Positions 59,995 to 64,000 of a stretch of 64,000 nt of DNA are shown here, piece after piece. Source of the stretch: Myxococcota bacterium (GTDB lineage: Bacteria > Myxococcota > Myxococcia > Myxococcales > Myxococcaceae); the NCBI GenBank assembly GCA_049322255.1, contig JBMORE010000162.1:1-64000 (forward strand), given 5' to 3'. The notes under the pieces were generated by a model. It did not search any database. It saw only the letters and a list, made by a program, of their open reading frames with translations, and had not been told where the DNA came from. How positions within the stretch are numbered: the stretch's first letter is position 1; every line of letters starts with the position of its first letter. The translations under genes and the position numbers were made by a program.

Positions 59995-61788
59995 TTGCTC
60001 ATCCCCGAGCACAAAATCGAAGAGCTCCGCGAGCGGGTGGACATCGTCGCCCTCATCTCGCGCCATGTGGAGCTCAAGAAGTCGGGCCGAAGCTTCAAGG
60101 GCCGCTGCCCCTTCCACCAGGAGAAGACCGCCTCCTTCCACGTCACTCCCGAGATGCGCCGCTTCAAGTGCTTCGGGTGCAACGCGGGCGGCGACGCCAT
60201 CGCCTTCGTGCAGCGCTATTTGGGCAAGACCTTCGTCGACGCGGTGAAGGACCTGGCGCGCGAAGCCGGGGTGGACCTCGAGGCGGCGGCCGACCCCAGC
60301 GCCAAGGAGCGAGCGCAGCTTAGGGAAGTCACCGACTTCGCCGCCGAGCACTTCAAGTCGCGCCTGTGGGACGAGGGCCACGGCAAGAAGGCACGCGAAT
60401 ACCTGCACCGTCGAGGGGTCGCCGACGAGGTAGCGCGGGCCTTCGGGTTGGGCTGGGCGCCTTCGGGTTGGCAAGACCTCGCCGACCGCTTACTCGAACG
60501 TGGGCTCCTCTCCTTCGGAGAGAAAGCCGGGCTGGTGGCCCGCCGCCAGCGGGGCGAGGGCTACTACGACCTTTTCCGCGGGCGGCTGATCATCCCCATT
60601 CGTTCTCCGGAAGGGCGCACCATCGCCTTCGGCGGCCGCCTGCTCGAGGGGGACGAGGGGCCCAAGTACCTCAACTCGCGCGAGAGCAAGCTCTACAACA
60701 AGAGCGAGACGCTCTACGGCCTGGACCAGGCGCGTGACGAGATTCGCAAGAAGAAGTCGGCGGTGCTGGTCGAGGGTTACTTCGACTGCATCGGCCTGCA
60801 CCAGGCGGAGGTGAAACAGGCGGTGGCCTTGTGCTCCACCGCGCTCACCCCCGGGCACCTGGGGGTGCTCTCCCGCGCCGAGGCCAAGGAGCTGGTGTTG
60901 CTCCTCGACGGCGATGACGCCGGCCGCAAGGCGGTGGAGCGGCTGGCCGGCTCGCTGCTCGCCGCGGGTGCCGCCACCAGGGTGGCCCTCTTACCCGACG
61001 GAGATGACCCCGACACCTTCGCCCGCCAGGCCGGCCCCGAAGGGGTGCAAAAGCTCTTGACGGCGGCCAAGCCGCTCACCGCGTACTTGTTCGGCGCGCT
61101 CTTGCCCCAAGGAAAAGCAGGGAGCTTCGAGGAGAAGATGCAAGCCCTCGAGCGTCTCCGCCCCGTCACCGCCGCGCTGCCGGTGGGCCTCACCCGCTCG
61201 GCCTTTTTCGGCGCCATGAGCCAGCACTTCGGGTTGCCTGCCGCCGAGCTCGAGGCCTCCTTCAAGGCGAAGACGTCTCCTGTGCGCCCGGTGCCGAAGG
61301 CCGCTTCGCCCACGTCGGCTTCCTCAGAACGCTCCTCTGCTCGCCCTGCGACCGAGCGCCCGCCGGACACGCTCGAAGCCGTCTTCGCCGCCTTCGCCTG
61401 CCGTGATGCGCAGCTGCTCCAGAAAGACCCGTACCGCGTCGCCGACGAGCTGACCCACCCCGGCCTGCGCGCGCTGGTGGCGCACGTCTTTTCGGGCGCG
61501 TCGAGCGAAGACGTTCTCTTCGAGGCCTCCTTCCCGGTGAAGGCCGCCCTCGAAGCCGCAGCGCGTCAGCTGCCCGCCGACCCCGGGGCGCTGGAACCAG
61601 CGTTCCTGGCGGCGTGTCGCAAGCTCAAGCTTCGGCACATCGAAGAGCAGCTGTCCCACATCGCCAAGGAAACCGCCCGCCTGGAGGGGGCGAGCGAGCT
61701 GACAGAGGAGACGCGCCGTTTACTGGCCGAGCGCAGCGAGCTTTTGGCCTTGAAAAGAAAAGTCCTCGAGCAGGGACCGGAAAGATAG
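59995..61788 (+). CDS. dnaG: DNA primase
   Basis: CPFH...CFGC zinc finger; KYLNS; EGYFD; DGD; DPD. Confidence 0.96.
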   Translation: MLIPEHKIEELRERVDIVALISRHVELKKSGRSFKGRCPFHQEKTASFHVTPEMRRFKCFGCNAGGDAIAFVQRYLGKTFVDAVKDLAREAGVDLEAAADPSAKERAQLREVTDFAAEHFKSRLWDEGHGKKAREYLHRRGVADEVARAFGLGWAPSGWQDLADRLLERGLLSFGEKAGLVARRQRGEGYYDLFRGRLIIPIRSPEGRTIAFGGRLLEGDEGPKYLNSRESKLYNKSETLYGLDQARDEIRKKKSAVLVEGYFDCIGLHQAEVKQAVALCSTALTPGHLGVLSRAEAKELVLLLDGDDAGRKAVERLAGSLLAAGAATRVALLPDGDDPDTFARQAGPEGVQKLLTAAKPLTAYLFGALLPQGKAGSFEEKMQALERLRPVTAALPVGLTRSAFFGAMSQHFGLPAAELEASFKAKTSPVRPVPKAASPTSASSERSSARPATERPPDTLEAVFAAFACRDAQLLQKDPYRVADELTHPGLRALVAHVFSGASSEDVLFEASFPVKAALEAAARQLPADPGALEPAFLAACRKLKLRHIEEQLSHIAKETARLEGASELTEETRRLLAERSELLALKRKVLEQGPER

Positions 61789-61908
61789 GTCTTTGAAGCC
61801 GGAACAAAGCCCCCCCTTTTCCCGGTTTGGAGATTCGCGTTTGTCACACCCGGCCAATCTGAGCTAGACCGGCCCGCTCGTCTGGCCGCCCATAGGAGAA
61901 GTTTCTAC

Positions 61909-63990
<2,082 letters not shown>

Positions 63991-64000
63991 TCAGCGGGGT

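Overview
GC-rich myxobacterial (Myxococcales-like) chromosomal segment whose gene order recalls the Myxococcus xanthus region from mrpC to sigA. It runs from the 3' end of mrpC through a MutS-like ATPase, an M1 aminopeptidase, an orphan DpnA-like DNA methyltransferase, rpmE and cpoB. Next come a complete Che3-type chemosensory cluster (crdB-crdC-cheW-2 MCPs-cheA/Y-cheB-cheR with divergent crdA), xth, the pbp1A-FG-GAP-SBP-crdS operon, a giant AAA/TPR sigma-54 activator and a MXAN_5187-like protein. It ends with OmpA/amidase envelope genes, truD, dsbA-like, two GGDEF genes and rpsU-yqeY-dnaG-rpoD. Scattered in this backbone are four intact vapBC-type toxin-antitoxin pairs, one vapB whose vapC is internally deleted, and a higA fragment. 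The most notable observations are: (1) a family of palindromic CCCTCACCC...CCCTCTCCC..GGGAGAGGG repeats inserted in frame at the signal-peptide ends of three exported proteins; (2) a five-gene operon coupling an SBP-OmpA fusion ABC transporter to two coiled-coil proteins (PspA/XpaC-like by inference); (3) near-leaderless sigma-54 promoters in front of the giant activator and its small lipoprotein neighbour; (4) a probable CTG start for truD. All family and orthologue calls come from motif recognition only; no searches were run.
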